Shown here: positions 37,550-50,438 of the stretch, piece after piece | How positions within the stretch are numbered: position 1 is the stretch's first letter | Layout of the letters: each line of letters starts with the position of its first letter | NCBI RefSeq assembly: GCF_964355755.1 | Contig: NC_092676.1 | Coordinates: forward strand, 1,679,788 to 1,743,787 | DNA length: 64,000 bases | Direction: 5' to 3' | Origin: Antedon mediterranea | Taxonomy: Eukaryota > Animalia > Echinodermata | The notes under the pieces: generated by a model | What the model was told of the DNA's origin: nothing | Seen by the model: the letters and a program-made list of their open reading frames with translations, nothing else | Databases searched by the model: none | Position numbers and translations under genes: made by a program

Positions 37550-39245
37550 TATTGACACTTATTAAACACTTTGTACTAAAATCATTTTGGAGGATGACTA
37601 ATAACTAAACATAAAATAATATGAATATCATCAAAATAATATTAAGAAACCATATATGGACACATCACATTTTTTTACACATAAAGTTTGATAGTGTAGA
37701 CAAGACTTAAATGCAGACAACTCTCCAAAGCTTTTTGTGTCTTTGGAACCTTTAAGTACCAATGTTTGAAGTAAAAAAAAAACCCAAAAAAAATTGACTG
37801 CACAGAAAATTATTTGACTTTGGTGTTTTTATTGTAGGTTGTTATATTTCTAATCCTAGTTCATTAGCTTACTAACAGTGAGCACACTTTCCGTGTATGC
37901 ATAGTGCACTACTACATTTTATAAACAAACTTTTTACATTGAAAATTAATAAATGTATATTTGTAAAGAACAGCACATGCTTCTGATTGCTACAAAAAAT
38001 AACAAATTTTGAGTAAATATTTCACAATTTTGTTTCTTAATATTATAATGAACAAAAATACTCTTCTAACTGTAGTACGTGTACACAATATTTAAAGATG
38101 TGTTGTCCACCAAAAACATGAAAAATGAAGATTAATTAAATCAGACTTTGAATAGGTTATTTTGTAGTTTTAATAAGGTTAATCACTTCTATAGAAAAAA
38201 AAGAAAAACAAATAATGTTTTCACTTATAAAATAACATAATAAATAGTTAAATTCGAGCAAAATTCCATTGGCTGACAGCCAATTTGACCATTTTTTTGT
38301 TTTAAATTACAGTTTTTTTTTAAATAAATTTTGTTTACATCCAATTTTTGGTCAAAGTGGATAACTGTTATGTAACATTAAAATGGCATATTCAACAAAC
38401 AAAATTGTTAAAATTATTTTTCAGGGGAACAATACATCTTTTAAAAATATAGCAGTAACAACCTCATGACAGAAGTAAATGTATACATCCTTTTGATATC
38501 ATAACACAAGATTTCCTGTGTATATACAACGTACTATATTCTTCTTCCTTTTTTTTTATTCAAACAAAAGAATGCAAACACCAGTCCAAATTACAAATTT
38601 AAATTCGCCATGCTTTTTAAAGATGAATATTGAAACACTGAAATTCCAATTCCATCTTTTGGTGACCTGTTTGCTGATGATTCAGACACGGAGCTTCAAA
38701 ACATTTGGTAATTTTTTCAAGGAAGTATCAATACTTAACAACAGGTAAGCTAAACGTGACAATTACACCTTCACGTCACCATGAACTAGCTATTTTGTCA
38801 GGAAAAGGTGTCCCAATTATATGTCAAATCTTCATTTCTTTTTATCCTCAAAAAGGAATATACACATGCAAATATGATGACAATTTACAATATTTCATTT
38901 ATACGTCGGATGTAAAATCAACCGTACGCCAACCAGATCTTGTAAAACTTTATTGTGACAATATGAGAAACATCATTGAAGGAGAGGAGCTACATATTTC
39001 ATGCAAAATGATAGGAAAAATGACACCGAATATGACATCACAATTGGTTGGATTCAAGGAAAGCAACACATTACACAGTTTTATCATCTAAATACTGACA
39101 ATACAATTAAAAGCTTTTCACTATGGAGAAGGCATATTTTTCTACTGTATTTCAATTGAGAATAGCATTAGTTGCTTTACATTGACATTGAATGTTCATC
39201 CTCAATTAAAGGTAGAGGTTAAAAGGTTATATGAAACACCTGAAG

Positions 39246-40900
39246 AATCGTCTGTTAGGAAGTTTGGTGAATGGATCACACAGTATGATTGGCTCCAAGT
39301 GTATAATGCGGATGATTGTTCTAGTAAAGCCGAAGAACTTCACTCCATACTTAAAGGTGAATTTTCGAAAGCGTTCCCGACCTCTACTAAGCGCAGGAGA
39401 GTATCTGAACCGCCGTGGTTAACACAAAGTGTTAAGAACGTCCTGGACAAGCGTCAAGAAGTATTTATTAAGTATGGAAAAAATAATGAATGGAGACGAC
39501 TTCGCAATGCTGCACAAAGAGCAATTACAAGTTCGAAAGTATATTTTTTATGAGAGCTCGATTGCTAACCTGAAAAGTAATAACCCGTCTGGCTGGCATC
39601 TTCAATCCAGAAATTATGTAATCTTAAACCAAAACCACAATTTAAGATACCTGGTCTTGGACCACGCGATACAGTGGAGAAAATCAACGCTCACTTGGCC
39701 AGTGTTTGTCGTCAACTTTCATCCCTTGACAGGAAAACACTACCTGCATATTTACCATCAGCCGAACCTCCAATTATTTATGTTGGTCAAGTACAAGCAG
39801 AACTCAACAAGTTAATTGTTAGTAAGTCAGGACACCCAGATGACTTACCGTTGAAGCTCATCAAACAGTTTGCATTTGAGATTGCTCCACCTTTAACCAG
39901 TGTATTTAACTGCGCTTTGAAAGAAGGATTATTCCCTGACTCTCATGGAAGACTGCGACGATTATCCCTTTACCTTTACTTGACTAAATCTGCTAGTAGT
40001 TGTAATGATTTAAGACCTATCTCACTGACCCGCATTTTTGCACGCGTTTTCGAATCGTTTCTTGTGAAATGGATCGTTGAAGATACCAGTAGTAAATTGG
40101 ATTCAAAACAGTTTGGAAGTAGAAAAGGTGCATCAACGACCCACTACTTGGTCAGCATGATTGACTCGATTGTTAAAGACCTTGAGGGGGGTAATAAGTA
40201 TGTTAACCTTTGCACTATCGACTTCACTAAGGCTTTCGATCGTGTAGATCATTCGGTACTTATTCGTAAAATGATAGATATTGGTTAGACGATCCATTAT
40301 TCCCACCTTCTGCAGCTTTCTTACTAACCGTACTATCAACACCAAGCACGATAATTTAGTTTCTTCTATTGCTCAAACTACTTGCGGCGTCCCTCAAGGA
40401 ACTAAATTGGGCCCCATTCTTTTCCTCATCCTGATTAATGATGCTTGTTTAGAAAGCTGCAGACGGTGGAAATACGTAGATGACTTGTTTGTTTGTTTGT
40501 TTTATCTTTATACTGGGTAACCTCTTCAGTCAAAGACTGATCTCCCAGAGGGCCCAGTTGGTGATCAGTGGCTGTGATGTACTAGTACACCGGGGTAACC
40601 CCCTACTCGTCTCGAAAGATGTACTATAGGTTCTTTAAAGTGCACACGAGCAAGTTGTGTACACTGGACCTACGGTTTATAGTCCTTATCCGAGAAGACT
40701 CGTTCTACCACCAGAACCATGGAGTGAGTGAGCCTCGAACCCCTGCCGATGTTATGGCTACGTGATTACGGTTCCACTGTCTTAACCGCTCGGCCACTCA
40801 CTCACTTAACTTTAAGTGAGATGAATAGAATTGGTGATAATTCAAATATGCAGTCTTTACTAGATGATTTTAACGAATGGAGTAACAATAATAACATGCT
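39246..40900 (+). mobile_element. Degenerate CR1-group LINE ORF2 (reverse transcriptase) fragment
   Basis: LRPISLT, QFGSRKGAST, DFTKAFDRVDH, GVPQGTKLGP and YVDD motifs across frameshifts. Confidence 0.9.
40487..40803 (-). mobile_element. tRNA-headed SINE with Deu/Nin-like core, inserted at the YVDDL motif of the LINE
   Basis: Reverse strand: TGGCCGAGCGG A box, GGTTCGAGGCT B box, GGATAAGGACTATAAACCG..TAAAGAACC..GAGTAGGGG..CCCCGGTGT core, (AAAC)n tail; ACTT on both flanks. Confidence 0.8.
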
Positions 40901-41734
40901 GGGGCGGTTCCAGAGGGGGGTCCACGGGGTCCGGACCCCCCCTAAATTTTAAGGGTGCCCTTTTTTTAGAGGTTCAATATTTTATTCGTGTGACATATTT
41001 CTGTGTATATTAGTATGCACAGAGTAGGCTACACTAAACCCCAAAAATAAAAACAGAAATTTATCACAATGAGCGCGATGTTAAGTTACGGCGGCCGCGG
41101 CCGATCAAAGAGCATCGTGAGAGGTGGTGACGCGTGATGATCTCTACTTAAACTTCTAAAAATAGATCGTTACACATACTACAGAGGGCGCATGTAAACT
41201 TTTTACGATTCAACTCCGCGTACGTATACCATGCGCGCTATGTCATTGACGCGATTATTTGTCCATTGGTAAACACATTTTTATGTATTATTATTCTGAA
41301 AATAATTGAACAGTAAACATATTTCTTTTTAGTATTTGTTTATTTACATATCATTCCATCAGATCAACTATTTTTTATTTCCATTACATCCATGGAGTAA
41401 AGAATATTACTCCATGATTACATCCAACCAAACATGTAAAAAATGTAGTTAAAATATCGTACTATCTAGCGCGTACGACCATACGCGGTAGATTGTTTAC
41501 TCAAAAATCATCGAACGGTTCTTACACCAGGGAGTTGTTATCTAATAACAACTCCCTGCTTACACTATTCAACCTTGTTTTTGTAGTTGAGCCTCTCATG
41601 ACCTGGGATTTGTTTGTCTTCCTACGCCAAGATAATATAGTTGTACAAGCCATGTGCTTTTTTCTCTGAGAAATATTTACTTAAGTTAAGTGCCAAAAAA
41701 ATGTTTTTTTCTCGATATGAAGCCTTTATTACCT

Positions 41735-42990
41735 ATCGAAAGTTGCAAACAAATGTAAAATAAGTATGTATGCTGACGATACTATAATTTATTGTTCTTC
41801 AAAAAATGAAAATGAAATATACCAAAGTATAAATGAAGAACTTATACAAATCGACGATTGGCTAAAAAATAATAAATTGAGTCTAAATGTCTCTAAATCC
41901 GAGTTCATGTTGATCGGATCGACAAACCGATTGGCAACCACCAAAGAAAAAAATAGATCAGTTAATATAGATAACGATGTTGTACCACGCGTTCTATATT
42001 GCAAACATCTCGGTATCATAATAGACGAACATTTATCATGGAAAAATCAGATTGAATACATTCGAGGTAAAGCTCTAAATGGATTGGGTATGCTTAGACG
42101 ATGTAGCTATTATTTTCCACAAAACATATTAAAACATATTGCAAACTCTATTGTAATACCTTACTTGAGCTATTGTAACATAATTTGGGGAAATAGTAGT
42201 CAAACTCTAATGAAAAGAGTTCAAACTATCCAAAACAGAACAGCTCGAATCGTGTGTGGTCTAACATGGGACACACCTAGTAGTGAGGCACTAAGGCAAA
42301 TTAATTGGTCACCTTTATTTTATCAAGATAGATATGAATGTTGTATGGTTATATATAAGGTTTTGACAGATAATGCCCCACCTTACCTAAATAATGTATT
42401 TACATTCAATGATATAAATTATAATCTAAGGAACAGTGATACACATCTATTCATCCCAAAGCCAAAAACAGATTTTAAAAAACGAAGTCTGTCTTATCGT
42501 GGAGCAATTATATGGAATAGTCTCAATGTTGATACCCTTCCAAAATCAGTCAAGTTGTTTAAAACGTATCTGAAAAATGCATTGTAAAACATAATGGTAT
42601 GGTAATCTACGATCTACATCCAACTTTTAAAATGGCTAAATACTATGTAAAATGTGTGTTTTATCACTATTATTTTAACGTCAATGAAATCCAAAAGATT
42701 TATTATGTATTACAGTTGAATCCCCATGAATTATACACTTCGATAAGGGTTTCCGTTTACACGGGAAGTACCGGTATGGTGTACCCTAAATAGAGGTGTC
42801 AGATGAAGGGGATTCTGCTGTAATTTTGTTTCTTTTCAATTTCAATTTTTTTCGTTTCTGTTGTATTTATATGGTGTTGATTTTTTTTGTTTTGTAATAC
42901 AGTATCACGAACTTGTGTAAAAACAATCAATATTGATTGAACGAGTTGTACTGCACATCAGTCTCGTGTCTAAATAAAGTTTATATATAT
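41735..42990 (+). mobile_element. CR1/L2-group LINE 3' portion (ORF 41766-42587)
   Basis: MYADDT, WLKNNKLSLNVSKSEFM, KHLGIIIDEHLSW, SYRGAIIWNSL; AATAAA near 42973. Confidence 0.9.
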
Positions 42991-43628
42991 ATTAAAGAAG
43001 GTTCATTTATTTCATTTTTGAAACAATATTTGTGAAAATTACGTGAGGCTCAACTACAAAACCACCATTTTGTGATATGATGTCATCGTAAGCCAATCAA
43101 AGCTGAGCTTTCCCGCGATCGACAGAGCTCACGGTTGAATGATTTTGGATTATGGCTATTTGATTGGTGGACGCGAATCACCCACAGCGGAATGTTTTCT
43201 CTCGCTTGTACCAAGAAGTCACGTGATCTCTCTGTACTGAACGGTACTACACAAATTTAGAGCAATGAATTTGTACGAATTCCGTTAAATAAACAACTAT
43301 ATTTTATAAACATTTAATAACATATTTTATTGATATTTCCAATGTTGATATATAAAAGAAATTACTATAAAACGTAATTATATGTAATTATTTTAGCGAA
43401 AAATGGCGCAATTTGTTTACAACGTTCGTGGCTAAAAACGATCATTTTCGGCAATGTTTTAGACCCTATATTTCGAAAACTACAAGTCAGATTTTCGTAA
43501 TTCTTTCTTTATTGGAATATTGAAACAAAATACCAACAGATAATGTTTAAATTGGTTGAAAAATAACAACTTTTAATTTTGCATCGTTATCCCTGCTAAT
43601 AAAGTGTCATTTCCGGCGAACTAGAAAG

Positions 43629-44587
43629 GTATGGAACGCCTCCTCTGCCTTCAGTTCACATTTATCATGCAGTACACACCAATCGTCATGCAGTACACAC
43701 CAATCGTCATGCAGTACACACCAATGGTCATGCAGTACACACCAATGGTCATGCAGTACACACCAATTGTCATGCAGTACACACCAATCGTCATGCAGTA
43801 CACACCAATCGTCATGCAGTGAAATATTGCGTAATTTATACCGCCACCTATCGACAAAATCGAATATCACGTGACGTTTATTAGACGGCTGTAAAACTAG
43901 GCCATCGACTCTAAGATTTCTTTTATGTTTGACATACTGTACTTATTTTAACCGCTACACATCTCTGTGAATGCTCTGTTTTTTATATATACAATAATTT
44001 ATTATGCGAGACACAGGCGCGGCTAGGAGGCCATTGCAATTATTGAATTCCATAAAAGAAGTTTAAATAGTCTTAGTTTTACAGCCGTCTAATAAAACTC
44101 ACGTGATATTCGATTTTGTCGATAGGTGGCGGTATAAATACGCAATATTTGACTGCATGACGATTGGTGTGTACTGCATGACGATTGGTGTGTACTGCAT
44201 GACAATTGGTGTGTACTGCATGATGTTTGGTGTGTACTGCATGACGATTGGTGTGTACTGCATGACGATTGGTGTGTACTGCATGACGATTGGTGTGTAC
44301 TGCATGATAAATGTGAACGACGATTGGTGTGTACTGCATGACAATTGGTGTGTACTGCATGACCATTGGTGTGTACTGCATGACGATTGGTGTGTACTGC
44401 ATGACGATTGGTGTGTACTGCATGACGATTGGTGTGTACTGCATGATGTTTGGTGTGTACTGCATGACGATTGGTGTGTACTGCATGACGATTGGTGTGT
44501 ACTGCATGACGATTGGGGTGTACTGCATTACGATTGGTGTGTACTGCATGATAAATGTGAACTGAAGGCAGAGGAGGCGTTCCATAC
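43629..44587. repeat. Foldback element: inverted arms (43629-43899, 44074-44587) containing 21-bp tandem repeats (CATGCAGTACACACCAATCGT)
   Basis: GTATGGAACGCCTCCTCTGCCTTCAG pairs with CTGAAGGCAGAGGAGGCGTTCCATAC; ~7 units in the left arm and ~19 in the right. Confidence 0.9.
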
Positions 44588-46949
44588 AACTACAAGGTGG
44601 ACCTGGTGACACAGTTTATGATTGGAGTTTGAATGGAGTGGACTTTCATAATCAGTATTACAAGGAAACCAATGAAAAATGACTTAGTAATTTACCAGAT
44701 GGTGACTACACTGTGAATTGTCTGGTGAGTACTGATGTTCAGAACAGATCTGATGAGATAACATTCACAATGCAATGAGAAGAGACATAATTACTTCATC
44801 TCCAAATGACAATAATGCAGTAATAACAGACACAATGACAACATCTCAAAATATAAATTATGTCATCCCAACAGAACCATGGATACTAATAAAATAATCA
44901 TAATCCTGGCAACAAGTAATATCATGATGGTGATGATTGCACTTAGTGTAAGTATGGTGTGTTGTTACAAACGTAAGAAACACCGAAACAGACCACAACC
45001 TGTTGTGTACTACCAAAGAAACAGGGACTCATCTGGAAGTGAATATTCTGACGTTCTACAGATCGACATGGATGAACCGATATATTATGCAATTAATGAT
45101 ACAGTAGAAATTGGATGGTTGATCTTCCGGCTCGCAAACCTTTTGTACTCAGGTGATTTTTGGCAGAGGAAATATAAATAATAACTATAGCATACATCAT
45201 CAGCACAATTAATGATCATGATTGGTGTTCCGGTTTAGGGTTTCCATGGCAGAATTAAATGCAACTTATTCTTTAAAAAATTGGTTTTTTCTAATGTGTA
45301 CTTTTTTTTTAAATTTACACTTTTTTCAACCTCTAAAACTTTAAATAATTAACTTTATATTGCATAAATAGTTTTTATTAAATTCATTCCAAGGGAAAGA
45401 CTTAGATTTATAAGCAGATAAATTACAAAATAGTTTATCCATCCTTTACTAAAACAAATTTTAGTAATGACAAATAACGATTATGATAATTTTATCCATA
45501 ATATTCAGAACATGCGTCTATGGAAATATTGACAATACTGTAAATACATATTAACTATTTCTGTTCGCCATTTGAAGCGCAAATTTCTTACTGTGAGTGT
45601 GGGTACTGTTAGTATAGACACATGTACAAATAAATTCCTTTCTGTGAGTGTGGGTACTGTTAGATATATAAACACATGTACAAATAAATTTCTTACTGTG
45701 AGTAGGCCCTGTTAGATATATTAACTCATAAATTTACAAACAAACTTATTACTGACAGTTGCTTGTCAACATTTGTATTAATTAGAAATTTTTTAAAATC
45801 TAAAAGTCGTAGTGGTGTATATTCTTTCATATGTACTTTACTATTTCAATCGACTATGACAGTGACAGTTCAACAAAGTATTAAATCATCGTTAGTGGTA
45901 TATTATTTATAAATCATGAAAACAAATATTTCAATACTGAATATATTTAAAAATTGTTCATTTTCCTGTAAACGAGATGTATTTTATAGTCCTGCGGTAC
46001 ACGTACATTTGGAATTGCCAGGTTTTTTTTATGTTGAAATGACTATATTCTAAAACCATCTGTGGGTACGACCTCTAGTAAAAAAACAAAAATGTATTTA
46101 CCTGAAAAAATGTAATTGAAAGCAAAAAAATGGTCAAATTGGCTTTCAGGCAATGGGTTTTTGGTTGAATTTTATAAAGTGAAAACATTTTTTTTTTTTC
46201 ATTTTTTTATACGCAAGAGATTAACTTTATTAAAACTACAAAATAACATATATTCAAAGTCTGATTTAATCTTCAAACACAATGAACAATTGTTTAAAAA
46301 TAACTTTACATTGAAAAAAACCCCCAAATGTGTACAGAATTAACGAACAATGCCTCTTGTTAGTGTTGCAATAATACTACTGCCACTGAGGGATTATGGG
46401 TTGTTGGGAGTGATAATAACATAATTTGTTCTGGAACCGGCTTCAACACATCACCCAGTGTATCTGGGGTGTGTTTGTAGGGGGAGGAGGAGCGAAAATA
46501 CTAGCGTAATGAAGTAGCCTATATGATTGGATTGTACTAGGAAAAGTTACTAAATTTGAACTGTCCAGGGGAGGAGTTAAGGTTTGTTGATGGTGGCTGG
46601 GGTGCTGAAAGGAGAAAGAAGGCTGGGGGACCGCAGTATCTAAATTACATATTTTAATTATCAGCCAATATGACACCTATTTATTTACACAATTTACAAC
46701 GTACTTCAACCATTATTAGACCCATCGTAGCTATGCATACTCCTCTCAATTCGAAGCTTAGGTTGAATTGAATTTGTCGATCACTGGGAAGAATTTGTTT
46801 TTAAGAAAGAGTATGGGGTGTTATTGAAGAGGGGTGGAGGTTGGTGAGTATAGACAGATACTGCCGTCGGTTGTTATGTACTGAGAAGGCTGTAAACTAA
46901 TTTTGAAACCCGCCCTGGGGCGGGTATAATTGCTAGTATTTTATATACC

Positions 46950-47133
46950 TGCATTGGCCAATGTTTAGCCTTTGTTACCCAGACGTGTGCAACTCGACTA
47001 AAAGCTCGACTTCATTAAGTCGAACTGCAAACTTTGACTACTTCGTTTTTGAATCGAATTTAAAGTAATAGCTCGAAATACGACTTTTTCAAGTCGAACT
47101 ACGACTAAAGTCCGGTTTAAGAATACGGGCGTA
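46950..47133. mobile_element. Right end of the CGCCCGTATTC-type MITE
   Basis: Ends ...ACTAAAGTCCGGTTTAAGAATACGGGCGTA, as at 56963 and 61184. Confidence 0.8.
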
Positions 47134-47453
47134 TGTTTGAGGAAAACGAAGAAATATATCATGTTGACGTATAGGAAATATTATTGTTATAATAATTATA
47201 GCAAAAGGAAACAGATGATAACACTTCAGTTTTATATTGTTTTGATTTGTCCTGCTATTTTAGTAAAATCTTCACCCATACTTCAGTAAACACAATTGCT
47301 CATTGTAAAGATCTATATCATAACAATAATATTTACAACATAATATATTTCTTCATTTTTCTCAAACAAGGAATAATAAAGACTCTAGTCTCTGACCAAA
47401 TTAGAAAGTTGGATTTTCACAACTGAACAAAACACAAAAAGGTTGTTATAAAG

Positions 47454-48533
47454 ATGAAAATCGTTAAGCTGTTGGTGATGACTTGCTTGTTGATATTCGA
47501 ACATGGAGGAGCTTCAAGAAGTTTGGTAAAATTTGATTTAAAGTTTCAGTACACATCAACAAGTAAGGTAAACATTACAATCACACCATCAAGTGAACAA
47601 CAGAATGTTACTCGTTCAGGAAAATTTACACTAGTTCAATGTCCACTTTTCATTTCGTTTGGTTCTAATCAAGGACTATACTCATGTCAATTTGATGATA
47701 AAACTCAATATACTTTTTATACATCGGATATACATACCACCACATCTCAACCAGAACTTGTAAAACTCTATTGTGACGGTATGGGAGACATCATTGAAGG
47801 AGAGGAAGTACACATTTCATGTGATTTGATCAGAAAAAATGACAACATCCAATATGAAGTGACAACTATTTGGGTTCAAGGAAATCACAACATTATACAG
47901 ACTCATCATACAGATACTGACATGACAATTAATCAGACTCTTAAAGGTTTTCATTCTGGAGAAGGGCTGTTTTGGTACTGTATTTCATTTGAGAATAGAA
48001 TTAATTGCTATAGATTGGCTATGACAGTTCATCCCCAATTAATGGTAAAGGTCACAAGGGTATATGAAGTTGATGTGAACCAGAATTGCTTCAAGTGCTA
48101 TGCAGAAGGTGGATCTGGTGACAAGAAAATCTATAATTGGAGTTTGAATGGAGAGAAATTCAAGAATTACAATGAACCTGATGAAAGATGCTTTAGTGAT
48201 TTACCCGCTGGTGACTACACTGTCAAGTGTCTGGTGAGTACCGATTTTCAGAACAGATCTGATGAGATAGAATTCACAATTGAAGCAGAAACCATGACAG
48301 CTAATAAAATAATCATAATACTGGTATCAAGTAACATCATACTGATATTGATAGTTTTACTCATGTTTGTTGTGTGTTGTTATGAACAACAAAAGAGACA
48401 ACATCACAACACACCTGTACCAGCTGTGCACTATCAACGTAATAATGACACAAATAGTGTTGGTGACACTTTAAATGTTTCCGGTGAAAATAATGAGATT
48501 TACTGTTCAATTGATGATCATACAGAAGAATAA
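47454..48533 (+). CDS. Receptor copy 8 (intact, 359 aa), no stalk repeat, tail with a single NEIYCSI motif
   Basis: Same architecture; near-identical to copy 11. Confidence 0.9.
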   Translation: MKIVKLLVMTCLLIFEHGGASRSLVKFDLKFQYTSTSKVNITITPSSEQQNVTRSGKFTLVQCPLFISFGSNQGLYSCQFDDKTQYTFYTSDIHTTTSQPELVKLYCDGMGDIIEGEEVHISCDLIRKNDNIQYEVTTIWVQGNHNIIQTHHTDTDMTINQTLKGFHSGEGLFWYCISFENRINCYRLAMTVHPQLMVKVTRVYEVDVNQNCFKCYAEGGSGDKKIYNWSLNGEKFKNYNEPDERCFSDLPAGDYTVKCLVSTDFQNRSDEIEFTIEAETMTANKIIIILVSSNIILILIVLLMFVVCCYEQQKRQHHNTPVPAVHYQRNNDTNSVGDTLNVSGENNEIYCSIDDHTEE

Positions 48534-48823
48534 ATATAGCACTCCTATGTCACCTTTGACACTGTGATTGAAAACAAAAGGTTACAAAATGCAAGAAATG
48601 AGAACAGAGAGACAGAATAACTATGTTAGCTCATGTAAATATTATTCTTCACAAAATTAGTTTGGATATTAAAGTAGCAACAAAAACCAAAACTCAAATA
48701 CTAAATATTATTTTTTGTGTTACTATATTATAAACCTACACAAATACAAACTTCACTTTATCCCTGGCCACATCAGGAAAAGATTTGATTTTCACAAAAA
48801 ACAATTCAGAGAGGTTTTTAAAG

Positions 48824-49108
48824 ATGACTTTGAAATTCATTAACTTGTTGGTGATCTGCTTGTTGATATTCAGACATGGAGCTTCAAGACAGTTGGTACA
48901 ATTTAAACGAGGTTTTTATTACCAATCAAACACAGACCTACAACCTGTGACAATTAAATCATTAAATGAAAAACAGGAAATGCTCGATTTACCAGGAAAA
49001 GATATAACTTTGAAATGCCAACTTTTAATTTCTTTTGGTCAACTAAATGGAATATACACATGTCAAGATGATTATAGTTTACAATATTTGGTTCCTTCAT
49101 CAGATGTT
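48824..49108 (+). pseudogene. Receptor copy 9, truncated after domain 1 at a MITE terminus
   Basis: Matches copy 12 up to CAGATGTT, then joins TAAGAATACGGGCGTA. Confidence 0.85.
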
Positions 49109-49443
49109 TAAGAATACGGGCGTATGTTTGACGAAAACGAAGAAATATATCATGTTGACGTATAGGAAATATTATTGTTATAATAATATAGCAAAAGGAA
49201 ACAGATGATAACACTTCAGTTTTATATTGTTTTGATTTGTCCTGCTATTTTAGTAAAATCTTCACCCATACTTCAGTAAACACAATTGCTCATTGTAAAG
49301 ATCTATATCATAACAATAATATTTACAACATAATATATTTCTTCATTTTTCTCAAACAAGGAATAATAAAGACTCTAGTCTCTGACCAAATTAGAAAGTT
49401 GGATTTTCACAACTGAACAAAACACAAAAAGGTTGTTATAAAG

Positions 49444-50191
49444 ATGAAAATCGTTAATCTGTTGGTGATGACCTGCTTGTTGATATTCAGACATGGAGGA
49501 GCTTCAAGAAGTTTGGTAACATTTGATGCTAAGTTTCACTACACATCAACAAGTAAGGTAAACATTACAATCACACCATCAAGTGAACAACATAATGTTA
49601 CTCGTTCAGGAAAATTTACACTAGTTCAATGTCCACTTTTCATTTCGTTCTAATCAAGGACTATACTCATGTCACTTTGATGATAATTTTCAATATACTT
49701 TTTATACATCGGATCTACATACCACCACATCTCAACCAGAACTTGTAAAACTCTATTGTGACGGTATGGGAGACATCATTGAAGGAGAGGAAGTACACAT
49801 TTCATGTGATTTGATCAGAAAAAATGACAACATCCAATATGAAGTGACAACTATTTGGGTTCAAGGAAATCACAACAACATATCAAAAAAGTATTAGTGA
49901 CGCCATACAAACAGAATGACAACATCTCAAGATATCAAATGTTCCGTGCCAACAGAAACCATGACAGCTAATAAAATAATCATAATACTGGCAACAAGTA
50001 ACATCATACTGATATTGATAGTTTTACTTGTGTGTGTTGTATGTTATTATGAACAACAAAAGAGGAAACATCAGAACACACCTGTACCTTTTGTGCACTA
50101 TCAAAGTAATAATGACACAATTACGCCCGTATTCTCAAACTGGACTTTAGTCGTAGTTCGAGCTAAAACTTTAAAAATGACGTCATTTTAA
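49444..50191 (+). pseudogene. Receptor copy 10, deletion chimera (5' like copies 8/11, 3' like copy 12) with a MITE-derived C-terminus
   Basis: 5-nt deletion at ~49649; jump from mid-D2 to the stalk at ~49875 across an ACAAC microhomology. Confidence 0.85.
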
Positions 50192-50438
50192 TTCATAAAC
50201 CGAACTTCAACTAAATCGCCGACTAATTCAGGCCAACCTCGACTAAATCGAGACGGATTTTGATCGATTTTTTTAGTCCTGGAGGGAGCAGGCTAAATGG
50301 TCGACTAAATGGTTTTTAAACGATGTTTATGAAAAACGTAACAGTCATTGAGTTGTTATATTGGACAGATATTGAAGAATGAAATATCTATTTTTATATT
50401 AGCTTAATTAAACATACATTGGTATAAGTTATAATAAT

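Larger units (their letters stand above)
38623..45181 (+). pseudogene. Receptor copy 7, frameshifted and split by a 5.3-kb nest of elements (5' half 38623-39245, 3' half ~44594-45181)
   Basis: Homology stops at GAAACACCTGAAG (39245) and resumes at AAGGTGGACCTGGTGAC; internal stop and indels; tail of the copy 1/3 type. Confidence 0.85.

Noticed and set aside
43607-44612. Multiple ORFs (MQYTPIV, CMTIGVY repeats)
   Set aside because: Artefacts of a stop-free 21-bp repeat, open in several frames on both strands
46370-46900. Possible degraded LINE 3' fragment (partly shared with 56440-56720)
   Set aside because: Too decayed to assign by eye
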